IMG/VR virus record: IMGVR_UViG_3300021356_000797 | Coordinates: 39,841-103,840 of that record | Reading direction: 5' to 3' (one strand) | Length of the DNA stretch: 64,000 nucleotides | DNA from: a virus | Shown: positions 56,504 to 64,000 of the stretch, piece by piece | How positions within the stretch are numbered: the first letter of the stretch is position 1 | How the letters are laid out: each line of letters starts with the position of its first letter | Program-made: the position numbers and the translations under genes | Notes under the pieces: model-generated | Told to the model about the DNA's origin: nothing | The model's input: only the letters and a program-made list of their open reading frames with translations | Databases searched by the model: none

Positions 56504-56521
56504 TTGTATATTATATATGAG
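56504..56521 (+). promoter_or_regulatory. Putative phage late promoter (motif copy 5)
   Basis: TTGTATATTATATATGAG, upstream of the inverted + strand island. Confidence 0.55.
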
Positions 56522-56586
56522 AGAGTTACTCTCCACCTATGTTGTTTTGTGTACAGGATAGCCTGTAAATATAATATTTTAAGAGA

Positions 56587-56913
56587 ATGAGTGCAAATGA
56601 TTCTCCTGTTATTGACCAAGTAAAGGCCTGGCTTTTACCTGGTGTAGTAGGTCTAGGGTTTATGATGTTTCAGTCAAATCTTACAGAGATGAAAGCTGAC
56701 ATCAAGCAACTCTTGGCTCAATCAGAAAGAGATCAAGTTAAAATTGAGTATCTTGAGCAGGAAGTACAACTACTCCGTGAGAAATTAGAAGATATAACTC
56801 ATAATTCTCCAGCAAAAGACCAACACGATGAGATTCCTCCAACATACGCCATACTCCCTAGCAAAGAAGATCTTAACATTTTTGCTTCTGTTGATCATCC
56901 TACCGGCGTGTAA
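56587..56913 (+). CDS. Single-TM coiled-coil protein (lysis accessory / spanin-like candidate)
   Basis: N-terminal TM 'AWLLPGVVGLGFMMF' then heptads; overlaps the next gene. Confidence 0.55.
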   Translation: MSANDSPVIDQVKAWLLPGVVGLGFMMFQSNLTEMKADIKQLLAQSERDQVKIEYLEQEVQLLREKLEDITHNSPAKDQHDEIPPTYAILPSKEDLNIFASVDHPTGV

Positions 56914-57412
56914 TCCAGTAAAACAAGTTCTTAAAGACAAAAAGAAGTTAGACATTGTAGCTATTGAAGTTATACGTCAAGGCTATTGTGTTAATGATAC
57001 TGTAGTAGAAACAAGAGTAGATACTCTTTATCAGTCTGATTCTTCTGCTGTTAACTCCATTACTTTATATAAAGAAATTGATACAATCTTTACAGATGGT
57101 ACTACTTTACGTATAGATTCTGCAGGAATCTTATCAATAGGTTGTCCGGTTAAGGTTCAGTATAAAACTGTCACAAAAACAGAAACAATTCGTGACAAAT
57201 CTTTAGAGAATATTCTTAAGAAGGATATTGCTAAGCTTGATAGCATTAAGCAAGACTTAGAGTTTACTGTAAGAGAGCGTAATCTTTTAATAGAAGAGAC
57301 TCAGCAAAAACTTAAGCAGTCTGAACGTAAGTTTAAACTATTCTTGTTTGCTTTGTTTGCGGTGGTTGCAGCAGGAGCCTATCTTAAAGTAAGAAAGATC
57401 CTACCGTTTTAA
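56828..57412 (+). CDS. Putative unimolecular spanin
   Basis: Lipoprotein signal (LLLIILPA-C) plus C-terminal TM 'LFLFALFAVVAAGAYL' and basic tail. Confidence 0.65.
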   Translation: MRFLQHTPYSLAKKILTFLLLLIILPACNPVKQVLKDKKKLDIVAIEVIRQGYCVNDTVVETRVDTLYQSDSSAVNSITLYKEIDTIFTDGTTLRIDSAGILSIGCPVKVQYKTVTKTETIRDKSLENILKKDIAKLDSIKQDLEFTVRERNLLIEETQQKLKQSERKFKLFLFALFAVVAAGAYLKVRKILPF

Positions 57413-57437
57413 AAGATAAGAGAGGGTTTCCCCTCTC
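57411..57437 (-). terminator. Terminator after ung
   Basis: Minus strand reads GAGAGGG-GAAA-CCCTCTC-TTATCTTTT. Confidence 0.7.
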
Positions 57438-58154
57438 CTACCAATTAATACTTGGCAACTCCTGTGAAGCCAAGATTTCATTCACTCTGTTAAAGCAATC
57501 ATTACAATCCCACTCATGCTTAGCTGCATAAGCAGCACTTGCAGGGTGACTTGCCTTTACTACATTGCCGTTATCTATTAGATCTTCCCACTGTTCAGCC
57601 TTTTTACCTAGTAATAAGTAGGTTAGATCAGGCTTATTTAAAGATAATTCATTAAATAAGTGGGCCATAAAGTACTTCCAGTAGTCCTGGTGTGTACCAG
57701 GTTTACCTATTCTGGTAGTAAGAGCGGTGTTAAGTAATAGTACACCTTGATCTGCTAAGTATTGTAGATCTTGTACACTGGGTTGTGCATTTTCTACAGT
57801 GTTTTGTATAGCAGAGTGTATATACTGCAATGATTTTTCTGTTCTACCCATTCTACTGCAAGAGAATGCTAGTCCATCTGCAACATGCATTTGTGGGTAA
57901 GGATCTTGACCTACTATAACAACTCTTACATTATCATAGTGGCATTCTTCAAAGGCTTTAAACACATACTTAAATGTAGGTGTAAACCTGTGACCGTTAC
58001 GGACCTCTTCTTGAAGTTTATCAAGCAGATCTGTAAAGTCATTAGATTTAATAAACATTCTAAGTACTGTGTTCCAACCAGTTGGTTCTAACTTTTTGTA
58101 AATTTTATCAGCAAACTCCCGTGAGTTTACTATATTAGCTGTAACATTACTCAT
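57438..58154 (-). CDS. ung: Uracil-DNA glycosylase, family 1
   Basis: 'VIVGQDPYP', 'ADGLAFS', 'QGVLLLNTALT', 'SHPAS'. Confidence 0.95.
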   Translation of the reverse strand: MSNVTANIVNSREFADKIYKKLEPTGWNTVLRMFIKSNDFTDLLDKLQEEVRNGHRFTPTFKYVFKAFEECHYDNVRVVIVGQDPYPQMHVADGLAFSCSRMGRTEKSLQYIHSAIQNTVENAQPSVQDLQYLADQGVLLLNTALTTRIGKPGTHQDYWKYFMAHLFNELSLNKPDLTYLLLGKKAEQWEDLIDNGNVVKASHPASAAYAAKHEWDCNDCFNRVNEILASQELPSINW

Positions 58155-58159
58155 ACGCT

Positions 58160-58435
58160 ATGATTGTTAGTACTATTAAAGAAGAAGATATCATTGATAT
58201 CAAAGTTAACGGTAGCTTTTATGCCCGCATTCAAGCTCTTATGTTTTATCTACTTGAAGATAAAGAACCTCAGTACATTACTGAAGTCTTTGAGAAGATT
58301 AAAAACAATAACATTGATGACGTTTATGTAGCTCATCTACAGACTATTGTAGTCTTAATGCGTGAGATTGAAGAGCAGGCTAAGAAACAAGATAAGATTA
58401 CTGAGAAGGATATTGAGGAATCTAACGAAGATTAA
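58160..58435 (+). CDS. Hypothetical protein (opposite strand island)
   Basis: 91-aa ORF filling the gap between minus genes, with phage-like composition. Confidence 0.7.
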   Translation: MIVSTIKEEDIIDIKVNGSFYARIQALMFYLLEDKEPQYITEVFEKIKNNNIDDVYVAHLQTIVVLMREIEEQAKKQDKITEKDIEESNED

Positions 58436-58796
58436 TTCCTGTAAAGTCTCCTATCTCTATACATGCTTGTATAGCTAGATTCAACTCATCCTTACTGCAG
58501 TCTGCAAAAGATTTAAGAGAGCCAGGTCCTGAATAGAGCCCGGCTTTCTTTTTTACTTCTGATTTCATTTCTTCAAAGGTGTTACCTGTGAAGTTACATA
58601 TGTCTCTAATAGACTTATGAACCTTAGCAAGTTGGGTATTAGTACCCTTACCAGTTGCATCTGTGCTCATAAATATATCAGCTTGGCTACCTTCAGGAAG
58701 GTTTGCTATGAAATCATTATAGCTCTTTTGTTCTATCTCACTTCTAAATAATAGCTTACCATTCTTTTTAATTAGAGTTACTTGAATATTATTCAT
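58422..58796 (-). CDS. Hypothetical protein (NinB-like)
   Basis: 'T..QLAKVH..IRDI...TG.TFEEMK..VK', 'KSFADCSK.EL...I'; start MNNIQ. Confidence 0.5.
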   Translation of the reverse strand: MNNIQVTLIKKNGKLLFRSEIEQKSYNDFIANLPEGSQADIFMSTDATGKGTNTQLAKVHKSIRDICNFTGNTFEEMKSEVKKKAGLYSGPGSLKSFADCSKDELNLAIQACIEIGDFTGINLR

Positions 58797-59913
58797 AGTC
58801 CCGGTATTCAAATTTTAGATGATCATAATATTTAATCTTAGCTGAGTCAAAAGACTTGAGTGCACTACGCACCCACTGCTCATCTACAGTATTCTCATAC
58901 ATTAAGATATGGCAGGTGGCTTTATCATCAGGATTAAGACGTAATAATCTACCAATACGCTGAGCACTTTTAGTTTCATTACCGTATGCATGCATAATAA
59001 TACCGGACTTTAGATGAGGTACACTAACGCCTTCATTAAGTTGTAGTACACAACTCAACTTATCTATTGTTCCGTTCTTAAACATCTGCAAATTGTCTTC
59101 ACTATCTGGGTTACCAGAATGGTAACTATGCTGACATAATCTATCAGCTTGTGCTTGTGTGTTGGCAAAGATGATACACTTATTATTGATCTGTTGAGAT
59201 AATACTTTAGCATATCTTTCTTTAGTAGGAAAGTCCATCATGGCTTTCATTCTCTGTACAGAGGTTATGGCTTTTGCTTTACCAGGCTGAGCATCAGTAA
59301 CTCTACGAGTCCAGAACTCATACTGTTGTAACTCACTGGTTTTAAACTTTCTACCATCTTTAGTCTCCTTCCAATAGTTTCTTTCCTTACTAAGAGACAT
59401 GGTGTGAATGATAATCTGGTAATCATTTAGAATATTATTCTCAGTAGCATCATCAACTCCAAACCTGTACATTACTGGACAGTACTTATTTACAAGTTCA
59501 TACTTTTCACTACCTCTTCTTACTGGTGGTGTACCGGTTAGACCAAGTATTCCACCCTGATGAGACATTAAAAAGAAATCATGATTGTATTTAAGGCTAT
59601 GGCATTCATCTAAATAGATGTACGTATAAGCCTCTTCATCATGCTTTGTAAGGGATAAGTAGGTTGTAAAGGTGATCTGCTCTAAGAGGTGCTCTAAATT
59701 GAATTTAACAGCATCATCTTTCCATGACTGGTGTATAGATAGCTTTGGTGCCACTACTAAGAACTTATCTTCTGTAGAGGTGGCGGCGGCAGCCATATGT
59801 TTTAATCCTATAAGAGTCTTACCAACTCCCATAGATATTGCAAGAGTACAACGGGAATTATTAAGAGCTATTTCTAGGGCTTCTTTTTGTATTTGATCCC
59901 GTGTCTTTTTCAT
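58789..59913 (-). CDS. Superfamily 2 (DExH) helicase
   Basis: 'MGVGKT', 'LDECH', 'GLTGTP', 'LNEGV', 'QRIGRLLR'. Confidence 0.92.
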   Translation of the reverse strand: MKKTRDQIQKEALEIALNNSRCTLAISMGVGKTLIGLKHMAAAATSTEDKFLVVAPKLSIHQSWKDDAVKFNLEHLLEQITFTTYLSLTKHDEEAYTYIYLDECHSLKYNHDFFLMSHQGGILGLTGTPPVRRGSEKYELVNKYCPVMYRFGVDDATENNILNDYQIIIHTMSLSKERNYWKETKDGRKFKTSELQQYEFWTRRVTDAQPGKAKAITSVQRMKAMMDFPTKERYAKVLSQQINNKCIIFANTQAQADRLCQHSYHSGNPDSEDNLQMFKNGTIDKLSCVLQLNEGVSVPHLKSGIIMHAYGNETKSAQRIGRLLRLNPDDKATCHILMYENTVDEQWVRSALKSFDSAKIKYYDHLKFEYRDYE

Positions 59914-60094
59914 TTAGCTTTTTCTTTAAAGTAAGATTACCGTGTGCATTTAAAGTCACACTTGGGTTAGTATTTAAAAATTTATTCAGGGTAATAGGTT
60001 TCAAATTGATCCAGGTGATTACTGATTTAGTTTCACCATCAATTGTTAGCTTATCATTTAAAGCATACTTAATTCTATCATCCGTTCTAAACAT
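59861..60094 (-). CDS. Hypothetical protein
   Basis: 77-aa ORF in operon. Confidence 0.5.
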   Translation of the reverse strand: MFRTDDRIKYALNDKLTIDGETKSVITWINLKPITLNKFLNTNPSVTLNAHGNLTLKKKLNEKDTGSNTKRSPRNSS

Positions 60095-60096
60095 TA

Positions 60097-60498
60097 TTAT
60101 TTGCGTTTTAGGCCACGTTCAAGTAGTTCTTCACTAGATAACTTGTCGTGGATAAGGTTGTGGCAATTTCTACATACTGTTTTCCAGGTAGAAGTGATGA
60201 GATAATATTTCTCTCTATCATTTCCAAAGTATGTATGATGGATATCTGTGCCTATCTTAGTACACCCTGGTAGTGTGGCTTCACAAAACGGTTTCTGTAA
60301 TAGGAAGTCTTTACGCAACTTACTATATACTCTATCCTGTGAAGCTTTCTTAACTGATACTGGATTTAGTTTAGGAGCATCAGGGTCTTTAGCTTTCACT
60401 TTACCCCAGCATGATCTACAGAATAGGTCACGCCCCTCTCTTTTCCAGATGAATTGTTCTGTATCACAACCAGAACAAAGCTTCTTTCTTTTTTGCAT
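60097..60498 (-). CDS. Zn-finger / HNH-like nuclease
   Basis: Three CxxC pairs, CxxxxxxC, 'DIHH', 'CRNCHN.IH'. Confidence 0.7.
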   Translation of the reverse strand: MQKRKKLCSGCDTEQFIWKREGRDLFCRSCWGKVKAKDPDAPKLNPVSVKKASQDRVYSKLRKDFLLQKPFCEATLPGCTKIGTDIHHTYFGNDREKYYLITSTWKTVCRNCHNLIHDKLSSEELLERGLKRK

Positions 60499-60824
60499 TA
60501 GAATAACGGTTCATCATCTTCCTGTTCTTCAATAGGTGAGTCTGGAAGATTCATTGGGTTTTCTACTATCTTCTTGATTTCATCCAACATATCTGGATAA
60601 GTGTCTGTAATAATATCAACTACTGGACTAAGTACCTCATTGATTTCTTTAAGCATTTCAACATGCTTATTATTTTTTAGGTCTTGTAGAGTTGGCTTAG
60701 TTTCAACACCTTCCTTGTTGAGTTCCTTAATAGACTCATATACTTCATCATGCACTTCCATGTATTTGATGTGTCTTAGATATAAGAATACAAGTTGTTC
60801 TGGAGATAAGTTATTAAGATTCAT
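60498..60824 (-). CDS. Hypothetical protein
   Basis: 108-aa helical ORF with acidic tail. Confidence 0.65.
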   Translation of the reverse strand: MNLNNLSPEQLVFLYLRHIKYMEVHDEVYESIKELNKEGVETKPTLQDLKNNKHVEMLKEINEVLSPVVDIITDTYPDMLDEIKKIVENPMNLPDSPIEEQEDDEPLF

Positions 60825-60851
60825 ATGCTTAGATTAAGAGACTAAGATAAG

Positions 60852-60886
60852 AAAAATATGGGGAGGTGTTACCCTCCCCTATATTC
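60852..60886 (-). terminator. Rho-independent terminator
   Basis: AATATGGGGAGG/CCTCCCCTATATT stem with adjacent A-run. Confidence 0.7.
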
Positions 60887-61486
60887 TTAAAGTTCAAAGT
60901 CAGTATCTAAGTCTAGATCTTCTTCAACTTCATTGATAACTTCTTCTACTTCAACTTCTTCAGTTAAAGTGTTATCTACTTTTGATTCTACTTCTTCTTC
61001 TACTTCATTAGTAGTTTCTGTTTCTGTTTCAAAAGCTTCAGATAAATCTGCAGGTCCTACCATAGGACGTACATTATTACCTGCTAGTGCAGCTACAATT
61101 TCTTCTTTATTGTCATGTGCAATAAGAGTATCTTCCATTGTACCAGAAGCATCATATACTACACGAGAGTAAATAGGTTGACCATTTACTGTACATACAA
61201 CACCACTGTCACCAGCTACTTTAGGTTGGCTATAAGAATCAAATGGTTCAAGAGATTCTTGGCGTACCAACTTACCAGGTAGCGTGTGACCTGCAGTCAT
61301 ACCAGAGTTTTGTAACTCATCTAGTTTACCTTTCAAAAGGAAATAACGGTTTTCAGATTGCAACCAACCATCTTGGTTAAATTTGCTTAGTGTTTGTCCC
61401 ACACGGATGTATCCGTATTCAGGGTTGTTAGGATTTACATTAATTGCAGATCCATTGTTGCTTTCAATTACAGTTACCTTGTTCAT
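60887..61486 (-). CDS. Hypothetical protein with long acidic tail (possible SSB)
   Basis: Beta-rich N-domain; C-terminus 'EEVEVEEVINEVEEDLDLDTDFEL'. Confidence 0.6.
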   Translation of the reverse strand: MNKVTVIESNNGSAINVNPNNPEYGYIRVGQTLSKFNQDGWLQSENRYFLLKGKLDELQNSGMTAGHTLPGKLVRQESLEPFDSYSQPKVAGDSGVVCTVNGQPIYSRVVYDASGTMEDTLIAHDNKEEIVAALAGNNVRPMVGPADLSEAFETETETTNEVEEEVESKVDNTLTEEVEVEEVINEVEEDLDLDTDFEL

Positions 61487-61508
61487 AATAATTAAATTGA
61501 TTGTTGTT

Positions 61509-61539
61509 AAAAAAAGAAACCCCGGCTATTGCCAGGGTT
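61509..61539 (-). terminator. Rho-independent terminator
   Basis: AACCCCGGC-TATT-GCCAGGGTT stem preceded by an A-run on +. Confidence 0.65.
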
Positions 61540-61544
61540 ATAAG

Positions 61545-61805
61545 TTAAATGTCATCACGTATAAAATCCTCATCAGATAATTTATCATCAAGATTAATAT
61601 CTGGTAGCTCTGCTTCTATATCAGGATCATCATCCATGTCATCATATGCCATGTACTTACCATCTAATGCAGAACCATGAAAAGGATTTTCTAAAGTATT
61701 ACCTAAGTCTAAGCGTACAATCTCTCCCAGTTCCTCATCAGTTAATGAGAGGTACTGTTCTACAGAAAGTTCTATTACTTTACCACTAGGTAATTGGTAT
61801 AACAT
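61545..61805 (-). CDS. Acidic hypothetical protein
   Basis: 'MLYQLPSGKVIELSVEQYL..TDEEL', 'NPFHGS'. Confidence 0.7.
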   Translation of the reverse strand: MLYQLPSGKVIELSVEQYLSLTDEELGEIVRLDLGNTLENPFHGSALDGKYMAYDDMDDDPDIEAELPDINLDDKLSDEDFIRDDI

Positions 61806-61883
61806 TATTACAGGAGTTTAAACAAAAATAAACCGATTGTTTATTCTTGCAACCCCTGTTAAATATTACACATCAGAGTATAG

Positions 61884-62246
61884 CTAAGCCTCTAAAATTT
61901 TTCTAAGATCTGGCTTAAAATAAAGAGGGCCTTTCATAACCTTACCATCTTCACGGTATATAGGTTTACCATCAGCCCCAAGTTTACTCATATTACTAGA
62001 ATGTACTTCATCAAAGAGTGCTTCAATCTTATCATCCAGGTTGTGTTTAGTTACAAAACCAAACGCAATATATAAGATATCAGTAATAGCATCAGCAATT
62101 TCAACAGTGTCATTGTCTTTTGCTGCAGCTACATACTCTTCTAGTTCTTCCAGTAGAAGATTAAACTTTGTAATTTCTGATTGGCTTTCAGGATTAATCC
62201 CAAAAGCATTTTCAAATTCTCTTATCTGCTCTACTTGTTTTTTCAT
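61884..62246 (-). CDS. MazG-like NTP pyrophosphohydrolase (PRA-PH / DR2231-like, likely dUTPase-type)
   Basis: 'EELEE', 'EIADAITDILY', 'EVHSSNMSK', 'REDGKVMKG..YFKPDL'. Confidence 0.85.
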   Translation of the reverse strand: MKKQVEQIREFENAFGINPESQSEITKFNLLLEELEEYVAAAKDNDTVEIADAITDILYIAFGFVTKHNLDDKIEALFDEVHSSNMSKLGADGKPIYREDGKVMKGPLYFKPDLRKILEA

Positions 62247-62686
62247 GCGTCCCAATAAATAAAGATTTGATCATCACGGGTTTGTTCTGGACTAGTCTCT
62301 ACAATACTAAATGCAATCTTAGGTTGCCAGCTGCGTTCACCATCATAGTCATAGTCAAAGATAGTACATAGTTCAAACTTCATGTTACCAATATGAAATG
62401 GAAACTTAGATTCTATAGCCTCTCTTTGTCTATCACCTAAGAATGCTTGCTGTCTAATAGGTATTGTAAAACAATCTTGTTGTATACCGGTAATGTCACT
62501 GCTTACAGTAGCAACATCAAAAACGTGATCATGTTCATCTTCCTTGTTTCTGGATACAATTTCTACAGTATCCTCTAAGGTATCTTTAAGGTGATCATGG
62601 AACTTAGCAAATACATTACGGTTAAGCACAATCATTCTTTCTGCACTACCGTATCTAGCCCATGGGGTCATTCTCATATATTTCAT
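62243..62686 (-). CDS. Hypothetical protein
   Basis: 147-aa ORF. Confidence 0.6.
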   Translation of the reverse strand: MKYMRMTPWARYGSAERMIVLNRNVFAKFHDHLKDTLEDTVEIVSRNKEDEHDHVFDVATVSSDITGIQQDCFTIPIRQQAFLGDRQREAIESKFPFHIGNMKFELCTIFDYDYDGERSWQPKIAFSIVETSPEQTRDDQIFIYWDA

Positions 62687-62942
62687 CTAATGTAAGGTTG
62701 GTTAGTTTTTCAAATCCTCTACCCAGTTTCATCATTACCTGCTCTGCCTCACCATCTATCATATACTGGTTAGGCATAGAGAGAAACCTTTCTAACTTCT
62801 TTTCTAGGTTGTTAGTTAGGTTCCTCACATCTTGCTTGTAATACTGAGTTGTCTTAATATCATCTAATGATTCCAAAAACAATTGGGCCATTAGTACACA
62901 GCGGGTTACTTTTAAATGGTGTTCTTTAGATCTATTTTCCAT
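62655..62942 (-). CDS. Hypothetical protein
   Basis: 95-aa helical ORF. Confidence 0.65.
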   Translation of the reverse strand: MENRSKEHHLKVTRCVLMAQLFLESLDDIKTTQYYKQDVRNLTNNLEKKLERFLSMPNQYMIDGEAEQVMMKLGRGFEKLTNLTLDEIYENDPMG

Positions 62943-63057
62943 GGTTGTCTGGATTTTTGCCCATCTGCCATATTAAGTATGCAAACCAACCTGCTGTTAT
63001 AATTGCTACGATACCAATTTCAAGTACCAATGTCCAGTCAATCTTGCTCAATTCCAT
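62932..63057 (-). CDS. 41-aa single-TM protein (not in ORF track)
   Basis: MELSKIDWTLVLEIGIVAIITAGWFAYLIWQMGKNPDNHGK. Confidence 0.55.
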   Translation of the reverse strand: MELSKIDWTLVLEIGIVAIITAGWFAYLIWQMGKNPDNHGK

Positions 63058-63098
63058 AATCTTTTAAATCTTGTAAGCACAAATCTACTATGCTTTGG

Positions 63099-63212
63099 TT
63101 ACTTGTCTTCATAACGTTTTAACTTTTCTCTTACTACTTTAGTACTCTTATACTCTCTTCTGATTATATAAAAGCATAGAACACTAATTAATACAATGTA
63201 AATGTATTCCAT
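63099..63212 (-). CDS. 37-aa single-TM protein (not in ORF track)
   Basis: MEYIYIVLISVLCFYIIRREYKSTKVVREKLKRYEDK; TAATG-coupled. Confidence 0.55.
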   Translation of the reverse strand: MEYIYIVLISVLCFYIIRREYKSTKVVREKLKRYEDK

Positions 63213-63298
63213 TAGTCATCTGCTTTACCGGTTAGATAAATGAATAGTGCACTCACCAGTATAGTAAGTATCACTACCATCCATTTGAATTCTATCAT
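63212..63298 (-). CDS. 28-aa single-TM protein (not in ORF track)
   Basis: MIEFKWMVVILTILVSALFIYLTGKADD. Confidence 0.5.
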   Translation of the reverse strand: MIEFKWMVVILTILVSALFIYLTGKADD

Positions 63299-63309
63299 AA
63301 CATTAAACT

Positions 63310-63543
63310 TTATTGAGCAGCTCTCATACCTGCTTTAAATCCTCTGTTGTATCCTCCTTTATAAGTATCTTGACCTACTGCAGGTATAGGACACACTGGT
63401 GTTACTGGACAAATAGCAAATTGTCCTTTTACATCTTTCCAACCTTCACAATAACCATCTTCCCAACCTTTACAGTAGTTAGAATCATTAGATATTGTAA
63501 AAGATAAACTGATAATAGCTAATAGAATTATTAGTGCTTTCAT
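63310..63543 (-). CDS. Small secreted Cys-containing protein
   Basis: Signal peptide, 'YCKGWEDGYCEGW', 'CPVTPVCP', 'YKGGYNRGF'. Confidence 0.7.
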   Translation of the reverse strand: MKALIILLAIISLSFTISNDSNYCKGWEDGYCEGWKDVKGQFAICPVTPVCPIPAVGQDTYKGGYNRGFKAGMRAAQ

Positions 63544-63555
63544 TTCTCTTTGATA

Positions 63556-63651
63556 TTAAATAGATGTTGGTCTACCGCAATGAATCATTGCCTTTACTCT
63601 TTCTTGCTCTAACCAAGCAAGGTGTTTAAAGAATTGTTTTATTCTTTTCAT
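63556..63651 (-). CDS. 31-aa hypothetical protein (not in ORF track)
   Basis: MKRIKQFFKHLAWLEQERVKAMIHCGRPTSI; starts and ends in junction repeats. Confidence 0.55.
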   Translation of the reverse strand: MKRIKQFFKHLAWLEQERVKAMIHCGRPTSI

Positions 63652-63779
63652 CTCTCGGTTGTGTTAAAGAATTCAGATAAGTTATCATATAAAGATATAA
63701 TTTCATTATCAGTTAGTTCACTAACTTGCTTTATTAAAGAAGCTCTTAACAACTCTGTTTCTTTATTTTTATCACTCAT
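63648..63779 (-). CDS. 43-aa hypothetical protein (not in ORF track)
   Basis: MSDKNKETELLRASLIKQVSELTDNEIISLYDNLSEFFNTTER; starts and ends in junction repeats. Confidence 0.55.
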   Translation of the reverse strand: MSDKNKETELLRASLIKQVSELTDNEIISLYDNLSEFFNTTER

Positions 63780-63800
63780 CTCTCTTTGGTGTTAAAGGTT

Positions 63801-63885
63801 AAAAAAAGACCCCATTAACTGCGTGTACTTTGCAGAGCCTACTTCGCCTTGTTCTTATGGGTAAGGGGTGGGGTCAGTTTTTTTT
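63801..63885 (-). terminator. Large-loop stem / terminator-like element
   Basis: A7-GACCCCAT ... GTGGGGTC-AG-T8 arms enclosing ~50 nt. Confidence 0.4.
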
Positions 63886-64000
63886 GTTTTAAAGGTTTTC
63901 TTCTTCTACTAATGGTGTGCAGTAACGCTCCACGCTATCTAAGTTTGGAAATCCGCTTCTTGTAACTGCATTACCCACCATACTTCCGTGAACCATGAGT

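Larger units (their letters stand above)
63540..63897 (-). repeat. Gene-junction repeat, consensus (minus) AACCTTTAACACCAAAGAGARATGA; 3 full/degenerate copies and 1 partial
   Basis: Copies at 63540-63560, 63648-63670, 63776-63800; partial copy at 63882-63897. Confidence 0.75.

Noticed and set aside
56467-56619. N-terminal extension of the DnaA-C ORF to 56619
   Set aside because: It runs through the divergent intergenic/promoter region and into the + gene; ATG 56466 with an A-rich leader is more plausible.
43750-63507. Short + strand ORFs inside minus-arm genes (e.g. 43750-44010, 51246-51551, 60248-60535, 63313-63507)
   Set aside because: Antisense shadows of motif-bearing genes. Only + ORFs occupying their own gaps (42132, 56587, 56828, 58160) were accepted.
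63540-63897. CRISPR array
   Set aside because: Repeats are degenerate, spaced ~90-130 nt apart, and the intervening units are mostly ORFs; no cas operon (the PD-(D/E)XK gene is in the replication module).
63905-63985. Hairpin ATGGTG-TGCAGT...ACTGCA..CACCAT as an RNA gene
   Set aside because: It lies in an open minus-strand frame (..MVHGSMVGNAVTRSGFPNLDSVERYCTPLVEEENL*) truncated by the window edge, so it cannot be judged.
1-64000. Stop-codon reassignment (TAG/TGA) as in some crAss-like clades
   Set aside because: Giant genes and replication genes are uninterrupted in the standard code and tile the window densely.

Overview
This 64-kb window is a segment of a crAss-like (Crassvirales-type) phage genome, about 35% GC by eye, in the standard genetic code. 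The host is inferred to be an environmental Bacteroidetes/Flavobacteriia species. The + arm (1-41047) is the late module. It holds a phosphoesterase, an IHF-like protein, two tail ring proteins, the tail stabilisation/muzzle protein, a block of virion cargo/ejection proteins including a 2929-aa virion RNA polymerase (DFDID motif), and a lysis operon that unexpectedly continues into a histidine kinase, a stand-alone receiver, a membrane protein and PhoH. The - arm (41335-64000) is the replication/early module: PolB, PD-(D/E)XK nuclease, MoxR-like AAA plus zincin-vWA, resolvase, primase, Sak4-like ATPase, DnaB, DnaA-C domain, Ung, SF2 helicase, MazG-like protein and tiny ORFs, with three + strand islands. 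The most notable observations are: (1) the only cysteines in about 6000 aa of the three largest ejection proteins sit at the facing termini of adjacent genes, suggesting a disulfide daisy chain; (2) the cargo proteins are modular, punctuated by a recurring (K/M)-(A/Y/M)-x-x-GG motif, and carry Bacteroidetes TonB-box-like LDEVxV motifs ahead of effector-like domains; (3) a two-component system lies inside the lysis operon; (4) a ~24-nt repeat marks the junctions of tiny early genes; (5) a structured ~270-nt intergenic RNA candidate lies at the arm junction. All family assignments come from motif recognition by eye; no searches were run.
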